From Chrysomallon squamiferum (lineage: Eukaryota; Animalia; Mollusca), in contig CM022671.1 in assembly GCA_012295275.1 (NCBI GenBank), forward strand, positions 25,606,001-25,670,000: DNA of 64,000 nucleotides, in the 5' to 3' direction. The position numbers and the translations under genes are program-made. The notes beneath the pieces are model-generated. The model worked only from the letters and a program-made list of their open reading frames with translations, made no database searches and was not told where the DNA came from. Shown in pieces: positions 1 to 13,718 of the stretch; the stretch's first letter is position 1, and each line of letters opens with the position of its first letter.

Positions 1-495
1 TTGATATGCCAAGGGAGTAAAACAAAATATGAAAGCATTTCCAAAATGTCAGAGAAATCCATGTTGGAAGCAGATAAAAAATGCCTGATATGAAGTCCAA
101 AACTGTGTATGGTATTTGGCTTCATATCAGACAACTTCTCATATTTTTTTTATCAAACACTGGTAAAGGTTTTATTTTGGCAACAATACCACAGTCATAC
201 ATAGTAGAGCTGCACCAAAGTATAAAATTTCTACAGGTGAAGACCTAAATGCTCAAAGACAAAATCTAAGACTTTGGTTGCGTATAGGATATCCAACATT
301 TTTAAGTTAGTCTTTTAAGCTGACCATACACAATAAATCCATAACACACTTTTTATTAATTCTGTTCTTTTGGATTTAGATATCTATTATTTAAATATTA
401 TAGGCTATGTGCCTTACACGTACATCTGCACCCACACTCACATACATAATTTCTGGGTGCTTTCTGTAACATAGTTTTTTTGTTTGTTTTTTCAG

Positions 496-3400
496 CTAAG
501 TGTTCACCAAGCAGAAACCAGCAAAGAAAATCACGTCGACCTCCGCAACAGATATATCGTCCTGGACTCTCTCGTCTGAGTAAAAAAGGAAAAGAGCAAA
601 CAAGTGTAGATCAACAAAATAGTTCTTTTGAAAACTGGGAGACCCCAGAATTGGCTTTAACAGATGAAGAAATTGGCAGTAAAGAAAGTAGCTTAGAACG
701 GGATGTTGGTAGTATTGCAAGTAGCTATGGACCAGAAAGTCCTTTTCTGTCCTGTGATTTGCATATTTCTGAAGATGATTTAGATACAAAAAGAGATGAT
801 GTGCGCAGGCGAAGCAAAAGACCTGATATTCCAATTTATGTGCCTCGAGGGAAGCTTATTGAGCAGGAAGCAAAGAAAAGTGATGATACTGTTGATGATA
901 ATGCTGAGGAAGTATGGGAGTCAGATGATGTTGTTAGTCCACCTGCAGAAATACAGCCTCCACCAAAAGGTGTTGAAAGTGGCACATCATCAGTATCCAG
1001 CAGTCCTGGTGTCATTACTACTCAGGTTTTTAAAAATAAAAGTCATCTTCATCAGAATGCTGCATTGTCAGATCACCGAAAAATGGACAGAGGTGTGTAT
1101 GGAAATATGCAAGTCACTGTTGTTAATTTGGCAGGTGACAATTCAGCAGAAAGTGTTCGTCTTGTGCATGAAGCTGAAAATAACCTCACAGATGCCAATT
1201 TTTCAGGAGCTAAGAGTAAAAAGTCGGTAAACTCTGATGTAAGGAATCAGCAGAGTAATCGAGGTGTTTCTGGTGAGCCAAAAACTGTACCAAATGAAAG
1301 AGGATATAATTCATTTCCAAGAGACAGAAGGAGAGATAGAGGTCGTAACTATGGCAGAGAAATAAAGTCAGGCAAGTTTGGATCTCTGGAAAGGAAAGAC
1401 AACAAACATGAGTATTCTGGCAGTTCAGTTGAAAAAACTGATGACAAACTTCCTAGCACAAAAGCAGAAAACTTGGTGTTATCTCGTACTTGTTCTGCCA
1501 ATGACACCCAGTCTGAAAATGAATATGTTCAAAAAGGAACTGAAAATAGAAATAAACCACAGAAAAGTTGGTCAGCTAACAGAAACCGGAAGCATTCTTA
1601 TTCTTCAAAGAGAAGACAGCGTACAGACAGTATCAGCAGTGAGGCAAGTTTTAGCAGTGATATCAGCTTCGAGGATGAACTTGAGGGAGAAGGGCAGACT
1701 CTGGACTGGAGCCAGGAGGTAGAACGTGAACTGGCCATGGTTGTTCATAATGGAACGCAAAAGTTAATAGAAAAATGTGATTATGAATATCCAGCAGATG
1801 AAGACATAACTGTCCCAAATGGTAGCAGATCTTCACCTAATGTAAATCAGAATTGTAATTCTATTAGGGATAATATAAACAGAGAGCATGTTGGGAGGAG
1901 GAGGCACAGAAAGAAAGGATCACGGGCCTCTAGTAGAGATTCTAGTTGTCACAGTAACTGTCAAGAGGACACAACTCCAATCACACGGAGAGGTCGAGGA
2001 CGTGGTCGTCGGCATTCTGCTGATACCAGGAGAAAACATAATTCAGGGGATTCTGTAGGACATGGCAGGAATCATGTAGGAGGTGGAGAAAATTATTCTA
2101 GGCAGCAACAGTTCAGTAATTATGACTCTTCTGTTCAAAATCAAAAGGGATTCAGACACAAAGGAGATGACAGATCTCAAGGAACCAACTTTAAAAAACT
2201 GAATTCAGGAAGTCACGAATCACTAAATACAATTCATAATGATCAAGAGAAGAGAGAGAAGCCAGAATATTACGGCTCACTTTCTAGAAATGAACAGAAG
2301 CGAAGGAAAAGATACAACAATCGTGGAGAATCCGCCATGCATAGTCACAATCTGAAGGTGACTTTGGATAGAAATGAGAGACATGTTAACGTGCCAGGAG
2401 GTAAAGAAAAGTTGTTGTATGAAAAGTCATCATCAGACGAATTGCACCTTTATCATTCTGGTGGTTTAATTCATCTGCCACAAAGAGGTTCTAATTCTGC
2501 ACATCAAAGAGATGAAGCTGATGTTGGTTTGAGCAGAGGCCATCACATGAAAAATCCTTTTGTAACAGACAGTGCTGAAAATGAACATCATCTCTATGAT
2601 CCCAAAAACCCCAACAAACCAATAGTTATCACAAACTCTAAGCTGTCCTTTCAAGATACAAGTGAGAGAAGCACACCTCCCCAGGAACATGTTCCTGTGC
2701 ATCAGCAACCACCAATGCATCCACATCCTCACCCACAGTTCTTTCCTGGCCCATATGGGTATCCTGGTATGCCTTTCCCACCTTACCCTGGTGGACTGCC
2801 ACCACCCCCTTTTGTGTACGGTTTTCAGCTTCCATATAAGGATTGTGTACCCTTTCAAGATGATGCTTATTCAAAAGATCCTTACTATCAAAGGTAATTG
2901 CTTGCTTTTGTATTATCACACATATTATTTTTTTCATATACACTAAATATTCATTTGCCATTTTGCTTCCCTAGTGCAATAAAGTAACTTAACAGATTTG
3001 AATTTTATTCCATAGACATGCCTTTGTTAATTGATTAATTAGTAATATGATATTATGATATATATTTTAAAGACTCAAAATATTTATATACTGGTTTACT
3101 GGTTGCACTACAAACTTGGATTGCTTTGCACAAAATAATGGAACTGGTGAAAAGAACATTACATGATAATGTGTGCATGTGTAGAGATTCAGTAGCTCAA
3201 TGTAGAGAGTTTAATAACCTCAAACAAATCATAATTATATAGCAAAAGAACCTTCCCGTATGTTTTTTGTTTGTCTCTCTTCAGATCATCATCAGTGACT
3301 TTTTATTAATGAAAAGTTCATTTTGTAATAATATTTACCATAAATAAGTCTTGTTTGATATTAAAATAAATCTGTAATTTATTTGTTTTTAAGATTCCTG

Positions 3401-6400
3401 TTATCAAGTAGACATTCGTAACTGCTCTTCAGTGTTACATTTTAGCAGTCTGTTTCACGTAGTGTTGTTATGTATTTTATTCATATTTTCATTTCAGTGG
3501 ATATGATCCAGATCAAGCTATTTCTGGGAGATCCAGATCTCAGAGACAAGCGATGGCTGAACAGATTCTTCATGACATCCAGCCACTGGATAACCAACTG
3601 AGTAATCTCCTGTCAAGGAGGGTTGGAGGGGAGGACGGATGGAGACGAATAAAGAAACTTAGGTACCTGTTGTATATAAATTTGTTTTCTTCTTCTTACA
3701 AGCATGAAATAGCTCTTGAGGATTCTGTTTACTATCAAGAGTGTGTTTGTTAATTAGATACAGTAGAGGCTAATGTCTAGTCATTTTCCAGGTTTATTTT
3801 TATGTATTTTTTATTATTTTTAAATTTCACTGTATAGAATCTTTTTTAGTGTATTTGCCATGACTGAAGATGGGGTATTTTAATAACTTGTTAACTTAGT
3901 CTTACACAGACATTTCACAGTACTGATTTTAGGACATGATGTTTTGTTTTGGAATTATGTTGTAGTGCCCCCTTAAAAATAAAGAAATTTACCCTCTTTC
4001 CCAACAAATAATATTATTTTCTTAACCATCAGGTTTGACAGTTTGTAAAAATTTGCATATAATAATAATAATATAAAATTCACAATCCCACATCAGTGGA
4101 TAGTAGTTACTGTGTGTAAACAAAAGGGATGATAAAAGTTCTTCAGCATTGATATTCATAAGGCTTCAAAAGTTAAAAAAACAACAACAGTGTAGTCCAC
4201 AAAATGTATATTTCTGTTTATAGATAATCAGTAGAAAATTACATGAATAGCAAATTTAATATAATCAATTACTGTAATACAGTTTATTTATTTATTTATT
4301 TATTTTGTAAATAATTTTTTATAGAGAGGAACTGCGAGCAAGGTATGAGCAGGTTGTTTTTCTTGACCCAGATGTATCAAACAAGCACAATGTGGAAAAT
4401 CTTTTGTGGAAGTCTGTGTATTACCAGGTCATTGAAGTATTCAGACATCATCTGGCTGATGAATCAGAGGAAGAGGTCAAAACTCAACTGCATGAAATCC
4501 TAAATGAGGTTAGAAGTGTTTTTAACAAAATCAAACATCCAAAGTATCCTTAACTGAATTTTTTAAAGGCTAGAACTAAATATTCTGTGTGAGTTTTAAA
4601 TGGTGAAATTTCATAAAAAAAAAAATAGGTTCATGCTTTGACAGAACACAACAGAAAGTGACACTGTTAAAAACAAAGCATCCTTAATGAGGTTAGGAAT
4701 GATGTATTTTTCAGTAGACTGAATGGAAGTTGATGTTAGATGTGTAGATTTTAAAAGAATAAAATAGAATAAATATAATGTCTGAGGAAGCAGTTTGACA
4801 AAATATAACATTCTAAATGATGTTCAAGATGTTGCAATTTATCAGAAAAAATTACAAAAATTACTTTTAAATTAAAGTCAAATGTTTTATGTTTTTTAAG
4901 AGAAGAGAATAAAAACTTAACATTTCTTAAAAGAGGTCAATAGTGTTTTCCAAATAATGTTACGTTTATTCATTTCATTGCTATTTGTTGCTATTGTTGT
5001 TATCATATTGTTATTATTATTATTATTTTATTCAGCTTACATTACATTGTGTGAACATCATTTTAAAAAGAAATCATATTTTTATCTGTTTTAAAATTAT
5101 TTCTAGGGATCTGAATACTATGAACATTTCCTGAAGAAGTTGCAGTCCACTTACAACTTTTCCATTGATGATTTCTTGGATCCAAACAATGCTCCCAGTG
5201 AGAACTTGAGTCGCAGCATTAAGCTGGCTCTTCTTAGTACTCAGAGACTCTTTATTAACTTAGGCGACATTGCTAGGTACCGTGAACTCTCCAATGATAC
5301 AGCCAACTACGGCAGAGCCAGGAAGTAAGCATAATAATCAGTATTTTTAGATTCAAATGTGTTATTTAATCAACAATTAACTTACAACAAAAATTTTAAA
5401 ATATGGGATTGGTGAATCTGTATGTCGGTTTGTGTGTGTGTGTGTGTGTGTTTGTATGTATGTATATATTTGCATATATATATGTACATATATATACACA
5501 CACAGACTCACACACACACATACATAAGACATCCTTATAAGTTATATGGATGACTTTTTGGATTTTTGGGGTGTGAATCGATGTACACATTAAGTATGTA
5601 TGTATTTATGGAATTAATTCATTATGCTAATAAGCTGAATTTTTCTCACTTATGTCATGTGCATCTGTCAGCAGATGTATTCGTACTGTTACATTTATTA
5701 ATATATATTTAGTTTTCATATACATATTTAAAAATAGGAGCTAGCAATTTTAGTCTTGTATGCAGTCAAACATTTTTTTATTTTTTATTTTATTTTATTT
5801 TTTTTAATTTGTGAACAGATGGCATATTCTTGTTATGTATTGAGTCTGTGTGTGTGTGTGTGCGTGTGTGTGCGTGTGTGTGCGTGGGTTTGCATGCGCG
5901 TGTGTGTATGTGTATGCTTGTTTGATTTTATGTTTTTTATCAATGTGAATGTTAAGAAGAATCACCAGAATTGAGAACTGCATGGTATTTATAATCTTAT
6001 ATGTACCTTTCAGTTACTATTTAAAAGCCCAACAAATTGCACCAAAGAATGGACGACCATACAACCAGCTTGCCATACTGGCTATGTACACTGTAAGTAT
6101 GTCTGTAACCTATGTTTCTTATAATTTTCTAGTTAGTATTCTCCATATATTCTCTCTATTAGATAATAAATCATAATACACACACACACGTGTGTGTGTA
6201 TATATTGTATTTCTTTTATTTTTTGTCAAACATATCTTTGATGTCAGTTATAGTTTTTCAAAACAGAATTTAAATATATAATATATTCACAGTATTGCTT
6301 TGTTATAATTTTTCCATTTGTATGCCATATAATTTATTTATTTATTTTTGGCTTTTTTTTTATTGGTTTTGTTTTGTTGTTGGAATGTTATATTTCATGT

Positions 6401-9153
6401 CAGCTCTGTCTTTTTTTTAAAATAAATCATTACCATTAGCATCTTCCATTTTTTTTAAATATAAAAAACCCATCTAATTTTCTATTCTTTTTCTCAGGCT
6501 GTATAATAAAAATTAATTGTTCCTAGTAACAGTGTTAATGTGTTTAATAAATATCATGTGTTCTAGAGGAGAAAACTTGATGCTGTTTATTACTATATGA
6601 GAAGTTTGGCTGCTAGCAACCCATTTCTGACAGCTAGAGAAAGTCTGATGAGCGTGTTCGAAGATGTGAGAAAAAAGGTAAGTCATCTGTGATATTTATT
6701 TCTTAATATTTTTTGAGCTATTCTGTTGTTCTTTTCTTTTTGTTAAACATGCTCTTCCTTCATTGTTCATTTTAGTCTACTGATTACATACAGTGTGAAG
6801 TTGTTGTTTTTTATAAACGAGTCACATTTTGATTTGCTTAATGTAATTTGAATTTAAAAAAAAAAAAAAATAAAATAAATCCTTTTAAGTTATAATCTGA
6901 TATTATCCAAATAATAATAATTTTTTAAATAATTTAATTACATACTTTAATTTTGCTGCTGCTGATGCAGAATGAAGTTCAGGAGAAGAAAAGACTCGCT
7001 ATTAAGGAGGAGAATCAGGCAATGAAGCAGACGAAGAGAAAACCTGGCCCACGGGTGGAGATTTGGGTGTCACCTGATGGGACGAGCACCAAGGACCAGG
7101 TCACTGATGACAAAGAAGAGGATCTTTCAATTCTGTCAGCCATAGAAGTATGTCTATATTATTATATCTCTGTCACAGGTCTCTCTGTTATAGAGTTATG
7201 TCTGTATTGTTAAGTAGGTCTGTATTGTTATATCTGTCTGTCACATATATCTGTCTGTCACAGAGGTATGGTTGTATTATTATGCCTGTCTGCCATAGAA
7301 GTATATTTATTTTGTTATCTCTGTCAACCAGAGAGGAATGTCTGTGTTAGGTCTGTCTGTCATAGAGGTATGTTTGTTTTGTTATTTCTGTCTGTCACAG
7401 AAATAGGCCTGTACTGGTATCTCTGTCAACCCTAGAGATTTGTTTGTATTGTTATGTATTCAGTCCAAGAAGGTGTGAGGTTTAAATGAAATTTAAACAA
7501 TTGCCCTACTTAAGCATCTCTTTTTACTTGCATTCAAACAGTAATAATTTTTTTGGTTTGAATGATTCTTTTAGTTGTCATTATTTTTGTATGTTATATT
7601 TGTCTAAATGAATTTTTGAATCCCTAACAATTGCATTATTTATTTTATTCTTTTAGTTAAATAAGAGATTTGTTTTGAGCTTCCTGAATGTTCATGGTAA
7701 ACTTTTTACCAAAACTGGGTAAGTTTTATCTTATTATTTATGATATTTTTAGTTAAGTCCTTCATTTTTTATCTTTTTCTTTTACCTTTTAGTTCTATTT
7801 ACATCTTAAGCTGTCTTTCATTGTTGAAATAAAATATAATGGATTTAAATTCAAGACAAATTTCTTGTACAGATGCTGAAAGCATTGTCATGTTCATTAA
7901 TTAAATTATATCAAAATATAATTCAGTTTATTATGCATTTATTTTATAAATATTAGCTACCTTAATTAACGATTTAAACAAAACACCAACATGAATGCTA
8001 TATAATTATAATGGAAGCAAATAAAATGATTAAATTTGACAAAAGAAAGAGACTTCATTTTATTTGGACATTATAATTTTACCATACTTGATTCTATTTT
8101 ATTATTAATTATTCTATTTTGTATTTATTTTTCAGAATAGATTTGTTTCCTGAGAGCAGTTCTATGATGCTGCGAGAGTTTCAGGCGCTGATCAAACACT
8201 CGCCAGCTGTCATCAGCAGCACTCGACTTCTTCAGCTCATGGCAATCAACATGTTTGCAATAGAAAACACTGCTCTCAAAGGTACTCAGTCTGTTAAAAC
8301 CATTGTCAGCACGAAATCTGTCATCATGTCTTTAGCATCCACAGATGTCACGATTTCAGCTTTAAAATTAAAAATGTTTTTTTGTTGTTTTTTTTGGTTA
8401 AATACTGCACATTAAATTAGCATGATTTGTTAAGCATATCTTGTTTTATTTGTTTTCATATAATTCAACTGTATCCATATATCTCATTAAATAAATTCAA
8501 AACTATTAAAGTAAAATGTGTTTGGTATGTTTCCTTAAGTGACTGGTAAAAATAAACAATTTTGAAAATAGTTTACTATATTTTATTTATTCCATTATAA
8601 ATGAATGACATAAAGTGTCATTAAACAATTAATTAATTGTTACAAATATTATAAATTTTTTATGATACAACAGCAACCAAAGTTCCATCAGAGCTGACTT
8701 ACTGGACTAGAATGCAGCAATCTGAAAAACTGTTGATGACTGCTGTGTTTATTTATCATAATACATTTGGAAAATATGTCAAAACTAAACATCACTGTAT
8801 GTTCTGTTACCACAGACTCGTCCCTCGAGAGCAGCTGTCGATCTCTGCACCAGGATTACGCAGTGCAGTTAGGCCTGGACATGTTTGCTCTGCTGTTGGT
8901 GAGATGCACTGAGCTGCTCTCCCAGCACCTCGAGTCTCCAGACTACCCTGCCCAGCTGCTGAACGAGGACCTGCACCAGCTCGTGCCTGGTGTCAAAGTG
9001 TGGACTGACTGGATGACCTGTCACGCTCACCTGTGGAATCCACCACCCTCAGTCAGGCCTCCTGATTTAGGGTATTTGCTGTTTTTTTTCTACAGTTTTA
9101 TTTCACTTGGACTGTTCTTTGATAATTTTTGGTTGTTGTTGTTGTTACTGTTG

Positions 9154-9188
<35 letters not shown>

Positions 9189-12100
9189 GGTGTTATTGAT
9201 GTTGAAGTTGTTGCTGTCGTTATTGTCATTATTATGATTATGATTATTATTATTATTACTGGTGTTGTTGATGTTGTTATAATTATGTTAGTAGAATAGA
9301 AAAAAAAAAGGGTGTCATTTCTAAAGTTATTAAATTATGTTTCATTTACTATTAATTCCATTACAATAACAGTTCCATGAGTATAACTGTTTTATAAAAC
9401 TATTTTCAGTTTTCTAAATTTGCAATCATTTTAATTTATTTTTTATTTTTAATATAGCTTAAATTTTATTGCTAACAGTATTAAATGTAATATTTTTTTT
9501 ATCAATGCTTTATTTATCTAGACTGGATATAGATGTTTGGAAAAGCTGTGCTGACTTCTGTAACTGTTTAACAAAAGTAGACACATCTCACATCAAGACA
9601 TATCGAGAAAAAAGACCAGGTATTAATCTGAACTGTTTGTGTAATGTCAAACACACACACATAAACACACACTATACCATACCACACTACATTATCCTAT
9701 CCTAAGCTACCCTATCCTACCATAGCCTGCCCTGCCCTGCCCTACACTACATTACATTATACTACACTTCCCTTCTCTCACCTATCCTACTCTCTCCTAC
9801 TCTACATACATTATAAAATTCTTAATTCATGTTGATATTGTTAATGTTATTTGTGGGTTTTTTTGTTGTGTTACAGACTGTGAGCCTGTGGTTTTAGCAG
9901 AAGACACAATGATGGCAGGTTTTATTCCCATGTTGAGTGCACCACTAGAAAGCAGCTATGTTAACTCATCAATAGACAAGGTATTTTTAACATGCTAGAG
10001 CAATAGTTCTTCTTTACCTTTTATTTTTCAGTGCTGAGTTCAAATACCTTATAAGGTTGATATGACTATGTTAAATGTGATACTGTCATAGAAATACATA
10101 CAAAGGATTAAGCAGTGTAGATACAAGAGTTTGTACAGTACAAATAGTTTACCATAGTCCAGTGTTCTCATAGCATGACAAGGGGTTGTTACAGTCCAGA
10201 TTGAGAATCACTATGCTAGAGGATTTAAGATTGCATGGCACAATTTTCATTATAAAGAAAGAAATATTAATAAGGAGAATGAGAGAAAGAATGTAACGTG
10301 GGCAGTAAGAAAGTAAATTCTGATACTTAAGAACTGAAAATGTCAGATTAAAAGTTTTTTAGAATAATAATTCCTTAAAGAATTGCAGTTGTTTGCTCTC
10401 ATTTGAATTATTCTAACAAAAATAAATTATTTTATTTGAAAGTGAGCAATTTTTATTAATATGAAATTGTGTGCATGTGTGTGTGTGTGTGTGTGTGTGT
10501 ATGTTTGAACATATCTATATACTATAAAATAATACAATAATGTGAATATGAATTGAAGCATTCTCAAGCTACTTGATGTGTGAAATGTTCAGATTTTAAT
10601 TTGTTATAGTCTGAGACTGTTTTAGATTATTAAATAAGATTTAAAACTTGGTGTCTGAACATTTTGATATATTTTATTTCAGGAGGTAACTCAAGACTGT
10701 ATCAGGATAGAGAAACTGCAGCTGTTCAGAGAGTACCTGTGTGGAATTGACCCACCCATGCTGTCTTACAACGTGGAAACTAAGATGTACTTCTCTGTAG
10801 CTGTTACCAGCACAGAGTCAGAAACAAAACAAGATGACGTGGACACTCATTCATCAGAGGTTTGTAACTGACATATTTGACTTCCATCTCTTGTTTGTTT
10901 TCTTTTTCAAGACTCATTTATATTTTTTTTTACAAGCATAGCATTATTGTTTTTTTCAATTTTTAGAACTTTGTTCCTTAAGAATGCAACAACAAAAGCA
11001 TCTATGCATAAAGACATAAATACATACATATATAGATATCTGTTGCATTTCTGCCTGCACCCACGCACATAATGACATAAATATCTTCATCTTCATTATA
11101 TACAGATTCAAATTCAGTGTAGTTAATAATGTCAAATATTTCATTTTTACACACAAACAAATTATTTACAAACAGTCTTCACAATTTTGTATTCTCCAGT
11201 TAGACGATGTTATAGTGGAGAGTGATAATGAAGAGGATGTTGATGTCAACGAGGAAGATCATGTCAGTCACCTGAGAGCCAGGAAACAGGAACTGACGAA
11301 AAAAGTTGAAGAAAAAAGAAAATTGGAGGAAAACGCAAAGGTTGGGTATTTAATATTAATTTGCTTGCACATTATTTTGTTCGTGACAAATGCGTTTGTT
11401 AATAAAATATGTAATATTGTCCCTATGTCCAAACATTGAATCACCATAATTTATGTATGTGTGTGTTGTCTATTTATCTGTGTATTCAACCTTTTTTGCT
11501 ACAAATCATATAAGAAACAAGACCAAGAGGAAATGCACCTGTGAATATGATTAAGTTTGAGGAACAATGCTTTTTCAAGCATCATCTGTTCAATTTAGGG
11601 GCACACTATTTTGCACTGATGAATTTGAGTTGATAGGGGTTTCATGGGTGTGATAACATACACTTTACAAATAAAGGTATAATATATATAACAATTTTTT
11701 TTTTTTTAAGTTGTATTATAAATTAGGAATTACAAATTAGTTCAGTTATTTTCTGGATTAAAGGATTTACAGTTATAATTTGTTACAAATCTCATTTTTT
11801 TTTTCTTTTCTTTTTTCTGCTCAGGCTATTGTTGATGAGAACAGACATCATGTGATAGAGCTGGAGATTCATCCGATTTTTCTCATTCCTGACACAAACT
11901 GTTTCATTGATCACCTAAATTCTCTGTGTACCATTCTCCACTCTAACAAGTTCACGCTCGTTATTCCTCTTGTTGGTATGTATTCAGTTACCTTCCAGGT
12001 CAAAAAGTATAATTCAAATATGCAGGCTTCAGTCATTTTGTGAAGTTAGGTGGTACGGTTTACTTTGTGAAAATACATCTTTTTATGGTACTGTTTATTT

Positions 12101-13718
12101 TGTGAAAATGTAGCTGTAATAATATTCTTTATTTTGTCATCTGTCATTCTGCTTATTTTGTGAAAATACATCTTTGATTGCATTTATTTTGTGAAATGTT
12201 CATTTGATGAATGTGTACTACTGACTGTTAATTTGTGACTTTGGTTGTACGAGTAAACAGTATAAATATATTATATTATTACTTCCATGCTGTTGTTTTG
12301 ATTATGTGATTTTAAGATCAGGAGAAACAAATGATACATGATGGAAATACATTGTACAATTCATTAGATTACGTTGTGAGTGTGTCGGATTATCTTGTAG
12401 TTATAAACGAGCTGGATGGTCTAGCCAAGGGAAGTAGGGAGGGACAGTACGAAAGTCCCGACCACGCCTCTATGGTGAAACAAAGAGCGAAGCAGGCAGT
12501 AGCTCGACTTGAAGAAGAGTTTGAAAAGAAAAACTCCCACCTCAGAGCACAGACATCAAAAGGATCCATATTAGAAACAATAGCATTTCGCAGTGAAGAA
12601 ACGAGTAAAAGTGTAAATATGACTACTTTAATTTTTATATATATATTTTTAATTTTTTTTTTATTTGTTTGAGGAAAATATGAACTGTAAATAAAATGGG
12701 GAAAAAAATAAAAATGGTTTAATCTGAGTATAAGGTTCAATACGAAAAGTAGGCTGATCCATTGCACTCTGTAACTGTAACTAATTCGGACCATTAAGAT
12801 TTAAATCTAAGATTAATAAACATTTGCACTGGAGTAGATATATATTATTAAAATATAAATTCATTGAACTCATAATTTGGATGTTTTGAACTTTAGATGT
12901 TGAAATTAAATGTATATCATAAACAGTAGACTACTACTACTACTACATTTTATTTTGAAGTTTACGTTCTGTTTTGAATGTGTGGGAAAATGTTATATAT
13001 AAACAATTTGTTTTTAGGGTAACAATGATGACCTGATTTTATCATGCTGTACACACTACTGCAAGGACAAGGCTAATGTTTATATGAACAGAAAGAAAGG
13101 TAATGTTAATATGTGTATTGTGAACTGGCATTCACTACATTTTAACTTTTTACAATAAAAATTAATATTGTTAGTTATTTTTATCATTATATTCATATTA
13201 GCTTATCTAGTGGTACTGCATCCAGTGAAATTGTCTTCATTGTGTATCAGCTATAAAGTTAAAGGCTAAGATAATGTTTGATTCATTGGTGTTTTTTTTC
13301 TTAATTATAATATAACCATATAGATAACCAAAATTGTGTTTTGTCATTTTGCCAAAGTTATCAGATAAATGAATCTAATTATCCAACAAAGCTGCCATTT
13401 GGATAGTGTATAATGTATATAATGGTTAGCCATCATGCATCATCATGCTAGCAAAGAAAAGAAACACATAATTTAGTCTTTGATTGGACCAGTAGGAAGT
13501 AACCAAAGCTAGTTTTGACGGTTGTGCAGCTGTTTTCAGTAAATAACCCACAGAGGTGTTTAATTTTGCTATTTGTCTCTAACACAGATACTCCAGTGCG
13601 GCTTTTCCGTGACGTCGTTCTGCTCACAGATGATCGCAATCTGCGACTGAAGGCTCTGTCAGTCAACGTTCCTGTGAAGGATATCCCATCGTTCATGCAC
13701 TGGAGCAAAATAACATGA
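496..13718 (+). CDS. SMG6: SMG6 / telomerase-binding protein EST1A, NMD endonuclease (5'-partial, ~1630 aa in window)
   Basis: 18 GT-AG exons in continuous frame: 496-2893, 3498-3662, 4325-4508, 5107-5324, 6014-6092, 6567-6677, 6971-7147, 7657-7718, 8136-8281, 8816-9071, 9522-9619, 9877-9980, 10683-10859, 11200-11340, 11825-11975, 12401-12612, 13018-13099, 13588-13718 (TGA). EJC-binding-like motifs RRPPQQIYRPG and KRPDIPIYVPRG. EST1/14-3-3-like domain (LWKSVYYQVIE, LGDIARYRE, APKNGRPYNQLA, RRKLDAVYYYMRSLAASNP, LNKRFVLSFLNVHGKLFT). PIN domain with intact acidic residues (PDTNCFIDHL, VINELDGLAKG, GNNDDLIL, LLTDDRNLRLKA). First visible exon starts in phase 1 after an acceptor, so the start codon lies upstream. 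Confidence 0.96.
7133..7455 (+). repeat. Degenerate ~35-40 bp minisatellite derived from an SMG6 exon/intron junction
   Basis: Repeated unit resembling CTGTC(T/A)GCCATAGA(A/G)GTATGTCTGTATTGTTATAT; the first copy spans the real donor at 7147/7148. Confidence 0.75.
9655..9810 (+). repeat. Pentanucleotide low-complexity repeat (CCTAT/CCTGC/CACTA variants)
   Basis: Visible directly in an SMG6 intron. Confidence 0.7.
12035..12200 (+). repeat. Degenerate ~30 bp minisatellite (TTATTTTGTGAAAAT core)
   Basis: About six copies of the core in an SMG6 intron. Confidence 0.65.

Noticed and set aside
480-495. TTG start of the 805-aa ORF as the SMG6 start codon
   Set aside because: It lies in the polypyrimidine tract of a splice acceptor (TTCAG at 491-495); the true start is in an upstream exon.
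496-2961. Antisense and alternate-frame ORFs overlapping the large SMG6 exon (likewise over the ZBTB exons)
   Set aside because: Shadow ORFs of real coding exons with no recognisable domains.
3185-3215. tRNA-like GTAGCTCAATGTAGAG
   Set aside because: Only an A-box-like remnant with no cloverleaf or B-box; at most a decayed SINE head.
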